Shown here piece after piece: positions 1-13,819 of a stretch of DNA of 64,000 bases (the stretch's first letter is position 1; each line of letters opens with the position of its first letter). The stretch is from Dipteris shenzhenensis (Eukaryota), in the NCBI GenBank assembly GCA_047967505.1, contig CM106538.1. One strand, given 5' to 3'. The position numbers were made by a program, and so were the translations under genes. A model generated the notes under the pieces. That model ran no database searches and had not been told where the DNA came from. It saw only the letters and a program-made list of their open reading frames with translations.

Positions 1-507
1 AGTGATGAAATGGGCTTCACGGGCTTGCTCTTATATAGCCACCAGTCGTAGTCAGTTAGGCTCAATTGGGTGACCAACCTAGTTCACCCAAAACGATCGA
101 CTGGGGGTCGGAATAGGCCACCGAACATACGATAGAAGTGGTGCGCAAAATAGAGCAACTAACCTTCGATCTTCGTTCGGCCTGGAGCCATCTGGGATCA
201 TCTGAGGCTCCAAACGAGCCTCGTAACTCGAGAGTGGGCTGCTACCCCGAGAAATGCTCCGTCTACCCTCAGTGCGATCAGTCAAGGGATGCCTTCCTGC
301 ACTTGCATGTAGCCTAATTGGTGGTGTGCCAACTCTATCTGAAGCTGTCCAGCCATCAGGCCACACATGGCCCCCATCTGGTGTCCAAACTAGGACCTAC
401 TGGATAACCGAGCTACTCAAATGCCTTCTCCTCATATGGGGGGCTTACAAGTAGAGTTAGCTGGTTCCCACATAGTTACACAAGAGTGGAGCATTGATAT
501 CTAATAA
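1..507 (-). mobile_element. Copia-family LTR (family A), cut by the window edge
   Basis: Near-identical to 14351-14862 and 23578-24065. Those copies are anchored by a PBS and a PPT respectively. Confidence 0.85.
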
Positions 508-1329
508 CAAGCTCATGTGGAACAAGCCAGGATCATACCTCATCTTTTTGACGTTGAGAAGCTAGAAATCACAACTACTATAAAAATTTATAGCAAAAGA
601 CATCAATTGGTCATGGAGGTGGTTGTATGTTGCAAATTTCCACAGATTCATGTGTGGCACTATCATCAGCACATGATTAGATGCAAAGACAATGTATATT
701 ATGAGGAGGGGGTGAGGAGGTATTAGGAAAAAGGTGAAAGGAGACATTACTTAGGATTAGACATAGACATCTTTGTACTTTTCCCCTTCTCTTGTATTTA
801 TGTGAAGCCATATACAAGTTTGCACCCATATAATTTGTAAAAGAGAATGAAAATGCATATATTTTTTGTGCTCACTCAATCGTCTTTCCAAGAGGTTGGT
901 TATGAGTTCTAAGGGATAAAAGTTGGTAGGTTTAATGGTTAAAAGAAAATCCATAATGAATTAAACTAAAATTGAGATGAGTGATGATTGACATGTCCTC
1001 AAGACACTTCATAATGAGTTAGACTAAAATTGATTGACATGTCCTCAAGAAATCCAAGGCAACTATTAAAGACACACCGAAGGGGAGTCTGAGTGAGAGA
1101 CTAGCTCCTATGTGCTTATAAAGTGGTGGATATATAAAGAAAGAGTAGCCACACTAATCAAAGAACTCAAAAGTGAAGGAATGTTAGAGTATGAGGTAAT
1201 AGAGCATTGTAAGAAAAAAAAGAGCATTGAGTAGAATTTGATATGGGGACTTTTGAGATGGACACCATAGTTCTACCAATACCCCATTCTAGCCATATCT
1301 TTTTCCAATTTTTATAGAATAGTCAATGC
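180..1329. repeat. ~1.1-kb segmental duplication (LTR end plus flank), copy 1
   Basis: Colinear, high-identity match to ~9450-10573, ending at ...tttatagaatagtcaatg in both copies. Confidence 0.9.
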
Positions 1330-1769
1330 TAACAAGCTCATAAGCTTGGCAAAGTCAAAGATATGCACACAATGTTTTTCTAATAGAAGGATGCAAGTTT
1401 TCTTTTTCTTTTTGGCTGAATAAATTAGCCAAACCATTGCCAAATTTAGTTTGATTGTGATGCATGCACACACAAGAAAATGATGAGGGATGGGATGATG
1501 TGAGAGAGGGATGAAATGAAAAAAAGACTCATGAGCTTATTTGGTGCTTGTTTTAGTCGTTTTGACCCCTCCGGGTGTCCAAATTCAGTGACACAATAGT
1601 TTTTCTTGCTCTAGACACAATAATGGTGTCAAAACCCCAAAAATTCTGCACCTCAATAGTACCAAGCCATTTGGATTTTTGGGACATAGCATTTATGACA
1701 CACTGACAAACAAGAGTGGGAAATTCAAAATGCTAGTGTGTCATCCCTAATGCTCGAGCACTTGACTCA

Positions 1770-4170
1770 TGAACCTTTGAAATGTAGTTGGTGCATTGTC
1801 AACCCAAAAGGCATCACTTTGTAAGCAAAAACTCCCCAAGGTGTGACAAATGATGTTTTCTTTTTATCTTCCTCCTGAGTATGAATTGGAAAGTACCCAG
1901 AATACCCATCACATACAGAATACATCTCATGCCCTACCACTTGGTCTAGTATTTCATCTTGGAATGGCAAAGGAAAATGATCCCTCTTAGTGTATGCATT
2001 CAAAGGACAAAAGTCCACCCACACCCGCCACTTATTTCCTTTCTTTGGTGTGACAACTACAGGAGATATCCATTTTGAATCATCAATAGGAAAGATGAAT
2101 CCACCTCAAGTAGTTGTGTTACCTCTTTCTTTAGTGCCTCAGCTTGGATCACCCCCAATCGCCTTAAGCGTTGCACAACTGGCTTTCTTTCTGGCTTCAA
2201 CTCAATCTTGTGCTCCACAAGAGAGATTGGTCAAACCTGTGAATAGCTTGATGCAAAGAGACATGGAAAATCATCTAACATATCCAAGTACTAGAGCTTC
2301 TCACTACCTGCTTCTGATAGAGAATCACCAAGAAGCTCTTCATTGCATTGGCATCGTTTAGTGTGCTCCACATCCTCCACATGAAGTGTCTCTATAGGAT
2401 CTTCTTGTACCACCACCTTCTTCCCTCTTAACTCATCCCGATCAGCACCAAGATAAAGACCAAAGGCCACTCCTTCCACCTCATCCTTTGAGCTGGACTC
2501 CTCGGAGCTACACCCTGTCTCTTCTTCTTCATCAGTTAATTGAACTCTTTGATGTTGAAGACTCCTCCTTGACAACTTCCTTTTTGCGACTTCTGATGTT
2601 ATAGTGCACCTTCTTATTATTTCCCGGCAAAATCAATTCTCTAGTATCCCAGTTTTGAATAGCCTTCACCATGTGTAGCCAGGGCCTTCCCAAAATCAAT
2701 GGATAGGCACGTGCATCTGGCTTGGTAGGGATCACCTGAAAAGTAATCAGCACAAAAATTCCACATACATACACTTCTAGATTCTTCACAACTCCCAAGG
2801 TCTTTACCCTAGTATTGTTAGCCAATTTGATGTGATAAGGAGAGGTAGTACTAGAGTATTTTAAATCAGCATCTATCATGGTCGTCTCACTCATGACATT
2901 AATCGATGCACCTCCATGAATGTAAAAATATCACTCGACCATCAATGATCACATCAACCACAGGTACATCATCACCAACATCTATATCTGACTTTTTAAC
3001 AATAGGAATGGCACTTTTCTTCTTTTTCTTCGTTGACACTCTTGTGCTTGCTAGCTTTCCCCATTCTTTCCGTAGTTTTGGAGACAAAGCAAGTAATTGA
3101 CCAAAGGTGATATGAGCTTCCTTTTCTTTAAGGTTGGACAACAAGTCATAGCTTCCAATGCCTTGTCCTAAAGGAAAGTCTAACTAGCTAATTATCCTTG
3201 TAAATGCCTTCTTTTTCTTAATACAATATTTCTCTTCCTGATGTTCCTCATCTACTTCTTCCTTGCTTTCTTCTTCTTCTTTTGCTTTACCACGCCCCTA
3301 TTTAGCCATCATTACCTCTCTTTCTTCATCGCCTGAAGAAGCTTCTAACAAGGATACTTGTTTTTCTTCTTTCTTTCTCAATCTAGGACACTCGGGGCAA
3401 TAGTGACCTTTTTCATTACATTCATAGCAAGTGAGCCCACTCTTATCTCGAGGCCTATCTTCACTCTTTAGTGCTCTAAGTTGTCATGCATTAACCAAAT
3501 GCAATTTCAAATCAGCAAACTCTACCATCAATTGGGAGATATTATGATCTAACTAGGAGGACTTTGGTACCTGAGGAGTGCCCATTACCTCCACCTTAGA
3601 AGTTGAAGTTGTTGAAGACACAAAAGAGGATTCGATCTTTAGAGAATCTTCTTTCTTAGTCGCAATGCGAAGTGCCTCCATGTATGTTGTTGGATCTTTA
3701 CTCATTATTTTTGAGCAAAGACATAACAAATTTGCTCATCTTTAAGTGCTCCATCCCTACGAGACTTTGAAAGGTCGATGATGTAGATGCCATAGCTTGC
3801 AAAGCTGCCCTTTCATACTTTGTCCATAAAGTTTCATATCGAATTGCCAACTCAGAGACTGTCTCACCCTCTCCTTGATAGAACCAATCCAACTGCAACA
3901 TCAAAGCATTTGGTGACTCCACTGCCCCAAATCTCTGCTTCATTGCAGCAACCACTTGGTCCAGTCCTCGTTGGTAGAGTCTGACAAGGCCTCATGCCAA
4001 TTCAAGGCTACACCTTCAAGAAAATCAGGCAAAATCTCAAATCTCCACCCGATCCTTCATGGACCATCCAAAAAGCTGGCATCCTCGAACAAAATCTCAA
4101 AGATAAGACTCTGGATCTTCCCCTTGAGTCCCTCAAACACTGGAATCTTCACCATGATGAAACACAAAAA
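1770..4170 (-). pseudogene. Ty3/Gypsy gag-protease-RT remnant
   Basis: RT motifs VDF..LNA.TKRDHFPLP, DGYSGY and TPWGVFAYKVMPFGL (1770-2110). Protease region with LILGRPWL (2600-2960). CCHC knuckle CYECNEKGHYCPEC (~3390-3430). Gag QGEGETVSE (3700-4170). Multiple stops and frameshifts. Confidence 0.85.
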
Positions 4171-4804
4171 GGAAATACCAAGATCCAAATAATATCCTAA
4201 ATAAGATCCAAACAAGATCCCACAGAGCCTTAGTATACCAAGACCAACTTATTAAGCATAACCACTTGTTGAAAACCCTCCACAATGTGATCCTCAACAA
4301 AATCTTTAAAAATAAGTGACCAACCAGCAGCATGAAAATATTTTGCATACATGCATTCAAGAATCACCCTTCTCACAATTGGAAGTGCACATAATATTAT
4401 ACTCTTCATCATTTGCATAGCAAAAGAAGTTGAAAGCATTGAGAATCACCACTCCACTGTTATAGTCAAAAACTACCCAAAGACTCAACTCTTCTTCACA
4501 CCAAGCTGCCAGTGCATGAAACAATCCCCAATCTATCATTGTGCCTACTGATAGCATTGTCAATTCACCAACATATTCAAGAGTATAAACATAAAGGATA
4601 TGATCATGATGACTGTGCGGATAGCTTGAGCATCACCTTCACAATCTTCTAGTTCTCTTAAACGGGCTGCAATCTCTTCCAATGGAGTTCTTCTAGGCAT
4701 CTTCTTTATCACATTAGAAAACAGATGCATATACTAGGCATAACATGCAATCAAGTACACCTGAGACTGTTTAGTAAGGTGGGATGAATCCAATACCAAA
4801 CGTA

Positions 4805-4820
4805 CCCAGTGTCTCCACCA
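4805..4820 (-). promoter_or_regulatory. Putative primer-binding site of the Gypsy element (tRNA-Ala-like)
   Basis: Minus strand reads ...TCACA-TCTTT-TGGTGGAGACACTGGG upstream of gag. This resembles the complement of tRNA-Ala 3' ends (recalled). Confidence 0.5.
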
Positions 4821-4825
4821 AAAGA

Positions 4826-6180
4826 TGTGACATGAAGTTGGGGGTAATAAACTTCATGCACCTCTTCACTTCCTACTCCTTTTGAACTAAGCGACAAAGA
4901 TATTTATCATTGAGAAAGGGACATTAAAAAGAAGCTTTTATGCCAAGATACCACACCATACTTTCCTCCCTTAGATGGGAATGAAGATGGTAACATCCCA
5001 AGTGATGTTGTACTCAAGCATAGGGAGAAGGAAAGGATCAGCAGAGGCCATAATCTCAGGAAGCCAGTCTGTGCCAAAGAGAAGAGTGATACATTATTGA
5101 AAGAAGATCTTATAGCTCAACATGACATGAACTGATATATATTGAGGAGTTTAAAGGGGCTGATTGGGTCGGATGGGTAGGTCCTGAGGAAACATTGCAC
5201 CTCCTTCATAGATACCTTTACACTTAGCTCAAAACACTCTGCAAACTATCATTAAACATAGAGGCCTATAACTTTTAGTAGAGAAATGATACTAAAGATT
5301 CAAAAATATGCAAGATGCGCCTTGAGATGGGCTTCGCGCTGATATACATTTCATTAGAAAGAAAGAAGCGGTCAAAAAGTTATGGGCGGTTTACTAGACG
5401 GGGGTAAAAACTATCATGAAAACAAATTGTCAAACACAGAGACTCATAACTTTTGGCTGTAGTATTTGATTCAAGGTCTCATATCACAAAGACATGCGCC
5501 TTAAAGAGAGCTTAGTGCTAATATAAGTTTCATCAAAATCGAACTAATGAGTGAAAAGTTTTGAGCAAAATACTAACAGGGGGTCAAATTATCATGAAAA
5601 CTGCCCTCCACCATGCTAATTTCGCCTGAGTAGGATGCACCCTCAAGACTCCACCTTCATCAACAATCCACCACTCATAGATTTTGCCTAGAATAGGGTA
5701 AGTAACTCCCTTGGTGGCTCAAGAAATGGATGGACCATGTGTGTGTAATGAGCGGCCGAATAGAAAGAACTTTTAAGGCTTTGAAAGGAAGAAAAGGGAA
5801 GAGAGACTCAAGAGAGGGAATACGAAGTGATCTTCATTGTCATAGAGTGAGACTCCACTCCAATACGACTCAAAATACTACAAACACAAGGGAGAAGAAG
5901 AGGTTTCATACATACAAGAGGGAGCTGAAGCTCCAAGACTACTCATAGAGAGAGAATGAACTAGAGAGAGATAGACTCAAGAGTCTACATAAGAGAATAT
6001 CTACAAGAGGGAGAGAAGGCTCATGGAAGAGGCTTGAGGAGACTAGAGCTACAGAAACATGAGGCCTAATGGTGGAATAGATGATGAACAGGGGAGAGGA
6101 GGGCTCCTTTTATAGAGATTTTGTCACCCTCCTTCACCCATTTACAATTGTTGCCTGTAGATTCTTTTCCCCATCAATCA
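4826..6180 (-). mobile_element. Probable truncated 5' LTR of the Gypsy element
   Basis: Ends in CA next to the PBS on the minus strand. A TATA-like CTCTATAAAAGG lies at ~6105-6117 (-), followed by a CT-rich leader. The right boundary is uncertain. Confidence 0.45.
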
Positions 6181-6182
6181 CA

Positions 6183-7500
6183 TACTCTACATTTGCTTTG
6201 TGGGTCTCACTGCTTTGTATGTGTACTTGTCAATGCTTAGTAGTGCTTTGTGACGTCTTGCTTTCTCTTTTAAAATTGCTTTCCATGTAAACAGTCTTTG
6301 CTTTCACTATGCTTTGGCACTTACTTTGTATGTATGCTTGTCAATGCTTAGCAGTGCTTTGTGACTGCTTTACCACTGCTTTCTCTTTTAAAACTATTTT
6401 CCATGTAAACAGTCATTGCTTTCAGTATGCTTTGGCATGGCTTTGTGAGTGTTTTTGCAATGCTTTTGCACTACTTGTGACTGGTTTGGTAGTGCTTTGG
6501 CACTGCTTGGTCACTGCTTTGCATTTTTAGACTGTGGTACATGGAATATGCAAAGTACTCTACATGTGTTTTATGGGTCTCATTGCTTTAGCACTGCTTT
6601 GTATGTGCACTTGTCAATGCCTAGTAGTGCTTTGTGACTGCTGCTTTCTCTTTTCAAACTACTTTCCATGTAAACAGTCATTGCTTTCAGTATGCTTTGT
6701 GACTGCTTTACCACTCCTTTCTCTTTTAAAACTACTTTCCATGTAAACAATCATTGCTTTCAGTATGCTTTGTGATTGCTTGCTTTTGTAAGTTCTTTTC
6801 CACTGCTTGTGACTCGTTTGGTAGTGCTTTGGCACTACTTGGTCATTGCTTTACATGTTTAGACTACTTTACATGGAATATGTAAAGTACTGTACATGTG
6901 CTTTGTGGGTCTCACTACATTAGCACTGCTTTGTAGGTGTGGTTGTCAGTGCTTAGTAGTGCTTTGTGACTGCTTTACCACTACTTTCTCTTTTAAAACT
7001 GCTTTGCTATAAATAGTCATTGCTTTCAGATTGCTTTGGCACTGCTTTGTGACTACTTGCTTTTGTGAGCGCTTTTGTAGTGCTTCAGCACTGCTTGTGA
7101 GTGGTTTGATAGTGCTTTGGCACTACATTCTGACTGCTTGATCACTACTAAGCATTGACAAGCACACATACAAAGTAGTGCTAGAGCCGCGAGACCCACA
7201 AAGTACTCTACATGTGCTTTGTGGGTCTCACTACTTTAGCACTGCTTTGCATGTTGCTTATCAATGCTTAGCAAAGTCATTTGTGGTTGCTTTACCATTG
7301 CTTTCTCTTTTAAAATTGCTTTCCATGTAAACAGTCATTGCTTTCAGTATGCATTGGCACTGCTTTGTGATTGCTTGCTTTTGTGAGTGCTTTTGCACTG
7401 CTTGTGAGTAGTTTGTAGTGCTTTGGCACTACTTTCTGACTACTTAATTTTGTCATTGCTTTTGTGATAGGTTTGGCAATGCTTAAGCACTGGGTTTAGA
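6183..7500. repeat. Degenerate tandem array of ~320-370-bp units rich in TGCTTT
   Basis: The unit marker tactctacatgtgctttgtgggtctcac recurs at ~6183, 6556, 6888 and 7204. Confidence 0.8.
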
Positions 7501-7859
7501 TTTTTGTTTGCTTTCCTTCTACTTTTGGATTTCTTTGCATATTCTTTGCATGGGTTGTGCAAGTGCATCATGTGCTTTGTGACGGTTTTCAAGGAGTGCT
7601 TTGTATAGTTATTGGTGCTTTATTGTGGTGTGATCTATGCATGTCTAATGACCTATTTGTGCATGCATATATGTAGGACTTAAAACACAAGGGTACCATG
7701 CTTGTCCTATTTGTGGCCCTATTTTGAATGCACGACACTCCAATTATATGAGGAAGATGGTTTATGAAGGTCAATACCTTCAGCTTGATCATTCTGCATA
7801 TGAAGGTCAACTTGACCGGTCCATAGGAAAAAAAGTGATTGGATTTGACATTAGAGAGC

Positions 7860-9420
7860 TAATAGTGAGGAGCTCCCTCTTGTCATGGAACGGCTATTGA
7901 TCTTTCATGAGATTCCATTTTAGGGTGAGTTACAAATCAATCATCTCTTGGATCCCATGCATATCTTCAAGAATGTGAGGGCTTCTATTTGGGCACACTT
8001 GGTTGTTGACAAAGACACAAGGGGAGTTCAAGAAGACTTGCATGAGATGGGTAGGATGCCTCATTTGTGGCCCCAAGAGCATGAGCATAAAATGCGAGAG
8101 CGTGGTTCTTCAACCCAAGAGAGTGTCCACGAACCCAAGAGTGTTCTCCCAAAATTGTTCTCTCGAAGACACCATGGATCCTTTCCAAGGTAGAGGAGGC
8201 AAGGGTGAAGGCAGACATTGCATCTTTTCAGACACTCGTAGAACACATGTGTTGCCTTAGGAAAGCATCTACAAAGGACAATAAGCTTAGTGGTCTCAAG
8301 TCCCATGATTGGCACAAGGTCTTATAGGTATTCTACATGTTAGCTTAAATGCTTAGTAGAACTAATATTGTGATGCTTTCATGTAACTTATATGATTGTG
8401 ATACATTGTTATAACCCCTTTGTTGCTTGGGTAGTTTATTGTCCCAATTTTAGTAAGAGGATGCTTATTGAAAAATGTTAGAGAATCTATCTATACAAGA
8501 TCAATGGCATTGTCAAGTATGCTTACTATCATATCACCTTCATTATATTTCATACAATTTTAAATGATCAGTAGAAAATAGTGAATCTTACGGGTGCATG
8601 TGGAATAAGTGGTTCTCACAAAAAAAGATCTCTGTATTGAGCGTTGAGAGGGATAAGGTGGAGTCCATTGAAGCTATGTGCTTTCTTGAGAAGCACTTTC
8701 CCTCAAGCAATGTGATGACTCAGGTGCACTTGCTTGTACACATAGATGATGAGGTCGCCATTGTAGGAACTGTTCATAGTCATTGATGCTTTTCCTTGAA
8801 TAGTTTTGAAGGGATTTGTAAGGCAAAGATCTAGACCCAAAGCAAGCATGGTGAAGGGATGGCTTGTGCAAGAGTCAATAGTATACATCATAGAGTTTCT
8901 TGCATCCATGGATCTCAATATGCCACATGCTTAGAACATCAAGGATGATGGTCGTATCGTTGCGGAGGTTCCCCAAGGTAAATGGGTTGAAAGAAAGATG
9001 AGCAAAAATTAAAGAGAGAAATTCAATAAGTTTTGTCCTCAATAGTCCTGAGCTGCAAATATTGGTGGAGAGATCTGAAGAGACAAAAAAAAAAAAGAAT
9101 AATTGAGAGGATGAGATTTAGAGTGATGCATAGGTGGGCGAAGGGTGTCATATCCACCAGACCTTGCTCTTTTTCCCAGACACATGTCATGTGATTGGCT
9201 ACAAGAAGCTCTTTGTGAAGCCAAAGATGATGGAGAGGATGTAATCAATTGATAGTAGGGTCTTGCAGTTGGAGGTATGCCACATGTAAGTTTCTTACCT
9301 TTTCTATTTAATTTGGGTGTTTATGATCACAATCGCTACAAAATGCATCCTCATTGTTTTAATCATGTTCTTTTGTAGTATAAAAAGTATAGTGTATTAT
9401 GGTGACATGGATGGCATTTT
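7860..9420 (+). pseudogene. CACTA (En/Spm) TnpD-like transposase remnant with introns
   Basis: Motifs LDPMHIFKNV, LKSHDWHK, and DUF4218-like MCFLEKHFP..QVHLLVH..DEV...GTVHSH and VRQRSRPKASMVKGWLVQES. Disrupted. Confidence 0.8.
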
Positions 9421-9449
9421 CCCGGGGTAGCCCACTCTCAAGTTGTGAG

Positions 9450-10573
9450 GCCCAGAGCCATTCGGGATCATCTAAGGCTCCAAACGGTCCCCGCAACCCA
9501 AGAGTGGGGTACCCCGGGAAATGCTCCATCTACCCTTAGTGCAATAAGTCAAGGGATGCCTTCCTGCACTTACATGTAGCCTAGTTGGCAGTGTGCCAAC
9601 TCTATCTGAAGCTGTCCAGCCATCAAGCCACACATGGCCCCCATCTGGTGTCCAAACCAGAACCTATCAGATAACCGAGCTACTCAAATGCCTTCTCCTC
9701 ATATGGGGGGCTTACAAGTAGAGTTAGCTAGTTCCCGCGTAGTTACACAAGAGTGGAGCATTGATATCTAACAACAAGCTCATGTGGAACAAGCCAGGAT
9801 TATACCTCATCTTTTTGAGGTTGAGAAGCTAGAAATCACAACTACTATAAAAATTTATAGCAAAAGACATCGATTGGTTATGGAGGTGGTTGTATGTTGC
9901 AAATTTCCACAGATTCATGTGTGGCACTATCATCAGCACATGACTAGATGCAAAGACAATGTATATTATGAGGAGGTATTAGGAAAAAGGTGAAAGGAGA
10001 CATTACTTAGGATTAGACATAGACATCCTTGTACTTTTCCCCTTCTCTTCTATTTATGTGAAGCCATATACAAGTTTGCACCCATATAATTCGTAAAAGA
10101 GAATGAAAATGCATATATTTTTTGTGCTCACTCAATCATCTTTCCAAGAGGTTAGTTATGAGTATAAAAGTTGGTAGGTTTAAGGGTTAAAAGAAAATTC
10201 ATAATAAATTAAACTAAAATTGAAATGAGTGATGATTGACATGTCCTCAAGACACTTCATAATGAGTTAGACTAAAATTGATTGACATGTCCTCAAGAAA
10301 TCCAAGGCAACTATTAAAGACACACCAAAGAGGAGTCTGAGTGAGAGACTAGCTCCTATGTGCTTATAAAGTGGTGGATATAAAGAAAGAGTAGCCACAC
10401 TAATCAAAGGACTCAAGAGTGAAGGAATGTTAGAGTATGAGGTAATAGAGCATTGTGAAAAAAAAAAGAGCATTGAGTAGAATTTGATATGGGGAATTTT
10501 GAGATAGACACCATAGTTCTACCAATACCCCATTCTAGCCATATCTTTTTCCAATTTTTATAGAATAGTCAAT
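9450..10573. repeat. ~1.1-kb segmental duplication, copy 2 (includes partial family A LTR to ~9772)
   Basis: Matches 180-1329. Confidence 0.9.
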
Positions 10574-11215
10574 GATAAGGTCTACCCTATTGTTAATAGG
10601 AAACATAGAGAAAAACTGTGGTTTTTGACAATAGATGTATAGTATACTCAATCAAGTTTATCTAATGAATATATATTTGCTTTAGATTAACAGAAAATTA
10701 AGGGTTGTATTATTGATTTTGCACTTACAAATGGCAAAGATAACAAAAGGGTATGTGTGGAAAAAATGTATAAGACATCCACATATAATAAAAGTATACA
10801 TCCTTGTTAAGAGGTTCTCTTATTGTAGCTACCCAATATCGATTTGACATTTCAATTTTAGAGATTGGCACCTTCACAAGAATGCTGGGTCATTTGTATC
10901 TCAACTAGCTGTGATTATAGGGGAGATTAGGAGAATTTAGTTTGATTTAATATGTATATATGAGAAGGAGGTTCTCCTTCTCTCTCTAGGAAAGGTCTAG
11001 TCCCATTTGGAAAAAATTGCTCACATGCTATCTATATAGAGACTTAAACATTGTTTGTAATGAACTTCTCATGTTGTTCTCACTCCACATGTCATGCTAG
11101 TCACATCATATGGAATGAGATCAACATGGAAAGTGGATCACAAACCTCTCTCATTGTCTTATTACTAGACTTCTACTTCTTACAGCACTCTAGTAATTCT
11201 ATGTATTTAGTACCA

Positions 11216-11985
11216 TGAAGCTAGTGTTAAATTACATGGCACAACAGAACTAAAAATGAACAAAGAATAGAGAGTACACAACAAACTAGAGATGAACAAT
11301 ATTTTCCTTTAATACTGATGTAGTACAAATGATGGCTCCATCCACCCGTGCGCTCCCACAATGGAGCTTAGATGGCAATCTAGACAGATACTAGGTGAAG
11401 AGCTACTAGCTAGAAAATCTCTGCTGAAAGATCTGATCTGATTCAATGGACTGGGAAGGTCGCCTCTTTATAGCCATGAGGGTGGCAGTCGGATCAATGT
11501 AGTTGATGGAGCTGACCAGTCAACCTAGTCAATGGAGCCAACCAGTCAATCTAGTCAGTGGAATCGACCAGTCAACCTAGTCAGTGGAACCAACTAGTCG
11601 TCCATGGAATATTCAAGGAATATTCCCTATACCTTCGTGAGAGCAAGGGGCTCCCACACAATCAAGACAATGTGCCTCGTTGTGCTACCAGCTTACCTAC
11701 CTTGCCTAGCCCATAGGGTAGAGTCACATAGATCACCTTTCTACCATCAACAGTTTCATTGATAGACCTCATCTGACATGCAAGCCAAGATGCATCTAGT
11801 GTCCCGGGCTCACACATGGCTTCTCCTCATATAGGGGCCTTACAACTTCAAAGTGCTTTCGCTGTTGCACAAAATCCAATTTTCCATGCTCGTACAAAGC
11901 ACATTGAGGTTCACTATCACTATGTCAAAGAGCGATTAGACCATTGGTGGTTACTAGTAGGGTGGGGCATTGAGCATATCTAACA
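11216..11985 (-). mobile_element. Diverged Copia LTR related to family A, with an internal RNase H filler
   Basis: Shares the blocks gatggc..cccgtgcgctcc, tttatagcc, ttctcctcatatagggg..ttacaa and the terminal gcat..atatctaaca with family A. Has 22-bp tandem repeats at 11514-11600. Confidence 0.55.
11850..11940 (+). pseudogene. Copia RNase H fragment
   Basis: Translates SAFAVAQNPIFHARTKHIEVHYHYVKERL. Confidence 0.8.
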
Positions 11986-13819
11986 TGTACTCTAAATCTG
12001 CTTGTACCTCAATCATCCCTTCTCTTCTATGTCAATAGGTAGGTTAGAAAACTTATTCCCAATCAATTGTAGAAAGGAAAAAATAAAAACAAAGCATATA
12101 TACGCTATTCCATAGCAAACTGTTCTACTATTGTATCAATGTTGACAATTGTCAAAATGAACAATCTACCTAGCAATACATTCCACAGTGGTTTCTCCTC
12201 CCATATTCTAAGGCAATACATCTTTTAATGAATCAATGGTTTCACACCAAGAAAATTTGGACAAGAGAGAAGAAACAATAAATCTCTTAATGAAGCATTG
12301 GTTTCACCCAAAAAAAAAAGGATGTGAGAAAAGCATGTTTTTTTAAATCAATGCTACCAAGAGAGTACCAAAGAGAGTTCATTCATATGAAAACACTAAC
12401 AAAAAAGCACAAACTTGAATCAAATCTCATAGGAAGTAGACAAGTGTTGGGGTTTCTCTAGAGTTCACAAGGCATGCTTGTAAACACACACTCATGGATC
12501 TCAAGTGACAAGTTGAATATTCTCTTGTGACTTTCATGTTAGAACATTGAGAACTTGATGGATTAAACTATGTGCAAGTCTATAAACACCTCTGGCTTGA
12601 TATGCAATAGTTCATAGGTTGGCCTTTCTTTCTTGCATAGAAGATCCCTTTCACTATGAAATAGCCTCAAGTAATGATATTTCCCTAGCCATCTTAAAGA
12701 AGTCCCTTTGAAAATTCTTTCTCTTTCTTACACTTGATGATGTAAAAGTTAGCCTTCTCTACATTGTCTTTTTTTGCACTCAGTGAAAAATTCTCCAACA
12801 ACCAAGGCATCACTAAGTGTGTCATGATGCACCTTATATGTAATATCATCAATGACTACCATCTACCAATGGTTTAATCTTAATGTAATTCCAGCTAGCT
12901 ACACGTGATTGATTGATACATCTTCTTCAAAATTGTTGTATGTAATCATTACAAAAGCATGATAGTCTCTTGGTCCATGGAGTTATTTCCTCATGGTCTT
13001 GGAACCCCAAAACTGCATTCAATTATCATGCCTCTAGTACAACCTTGCAATCCCACCTTTTCTCTCCACTCACATCACCAAGTTTTATTTCCTAAAATAC
13101 TCTAAACAATTCAAGAGCCTTAAAATCATATGATGCTTTAGTTCCATAGGATAATCCTTCCTTCACAAACCTCACAACCTTGGCAGTATGTTGTAGCTTT
13201 GCATCCTCCTCCTTGAGTTTATCTTACACCCACATTTCTATTAGAGTACATTATAATTATAAAAGTTATTACCATGCTACCACATGACCTTACAATCATA
13301 ACACTATAAACTTAGAATGGAACTATTTTCTGCCAAAGAAATCAAAACTATGACCTACAAATTGTATAACACACCCCATTCTACCATTGCAAGTATCTTG
13401 CTACTATAATACAACTAGAAAATGAGTTTCCTTCATAAGACCTCATAGTTGATATAGTACATTGCCAAAATATCACCACGCCACACTAATACTAATTTTC
13501 TACTACCAATGTAGCATAAGTTTATGATTGTTCTAATATAAGATTTACTCCCATGAGCTACAAGTAGTTTGATATGATCCAAAATATCACTTGAGTGATC
13601 TACCATTATAATATCTGTATCAAACTAGTAACTAGGTTATACTAATGTGACTTAGTGATCTACCAATAACTAGATGTATCAACCATAAAAAATAGAGAAT
13701 TATTTAATTGTGAATACTTGAGGTTGGACAAGGAGGTGCATAGGACCCTTGGTTGAAAGTGAGGATTGCACGCTAACACTTTATTTTGTTTAGATACTCC
13801 ATCTTTTATCTCTTTTGAT

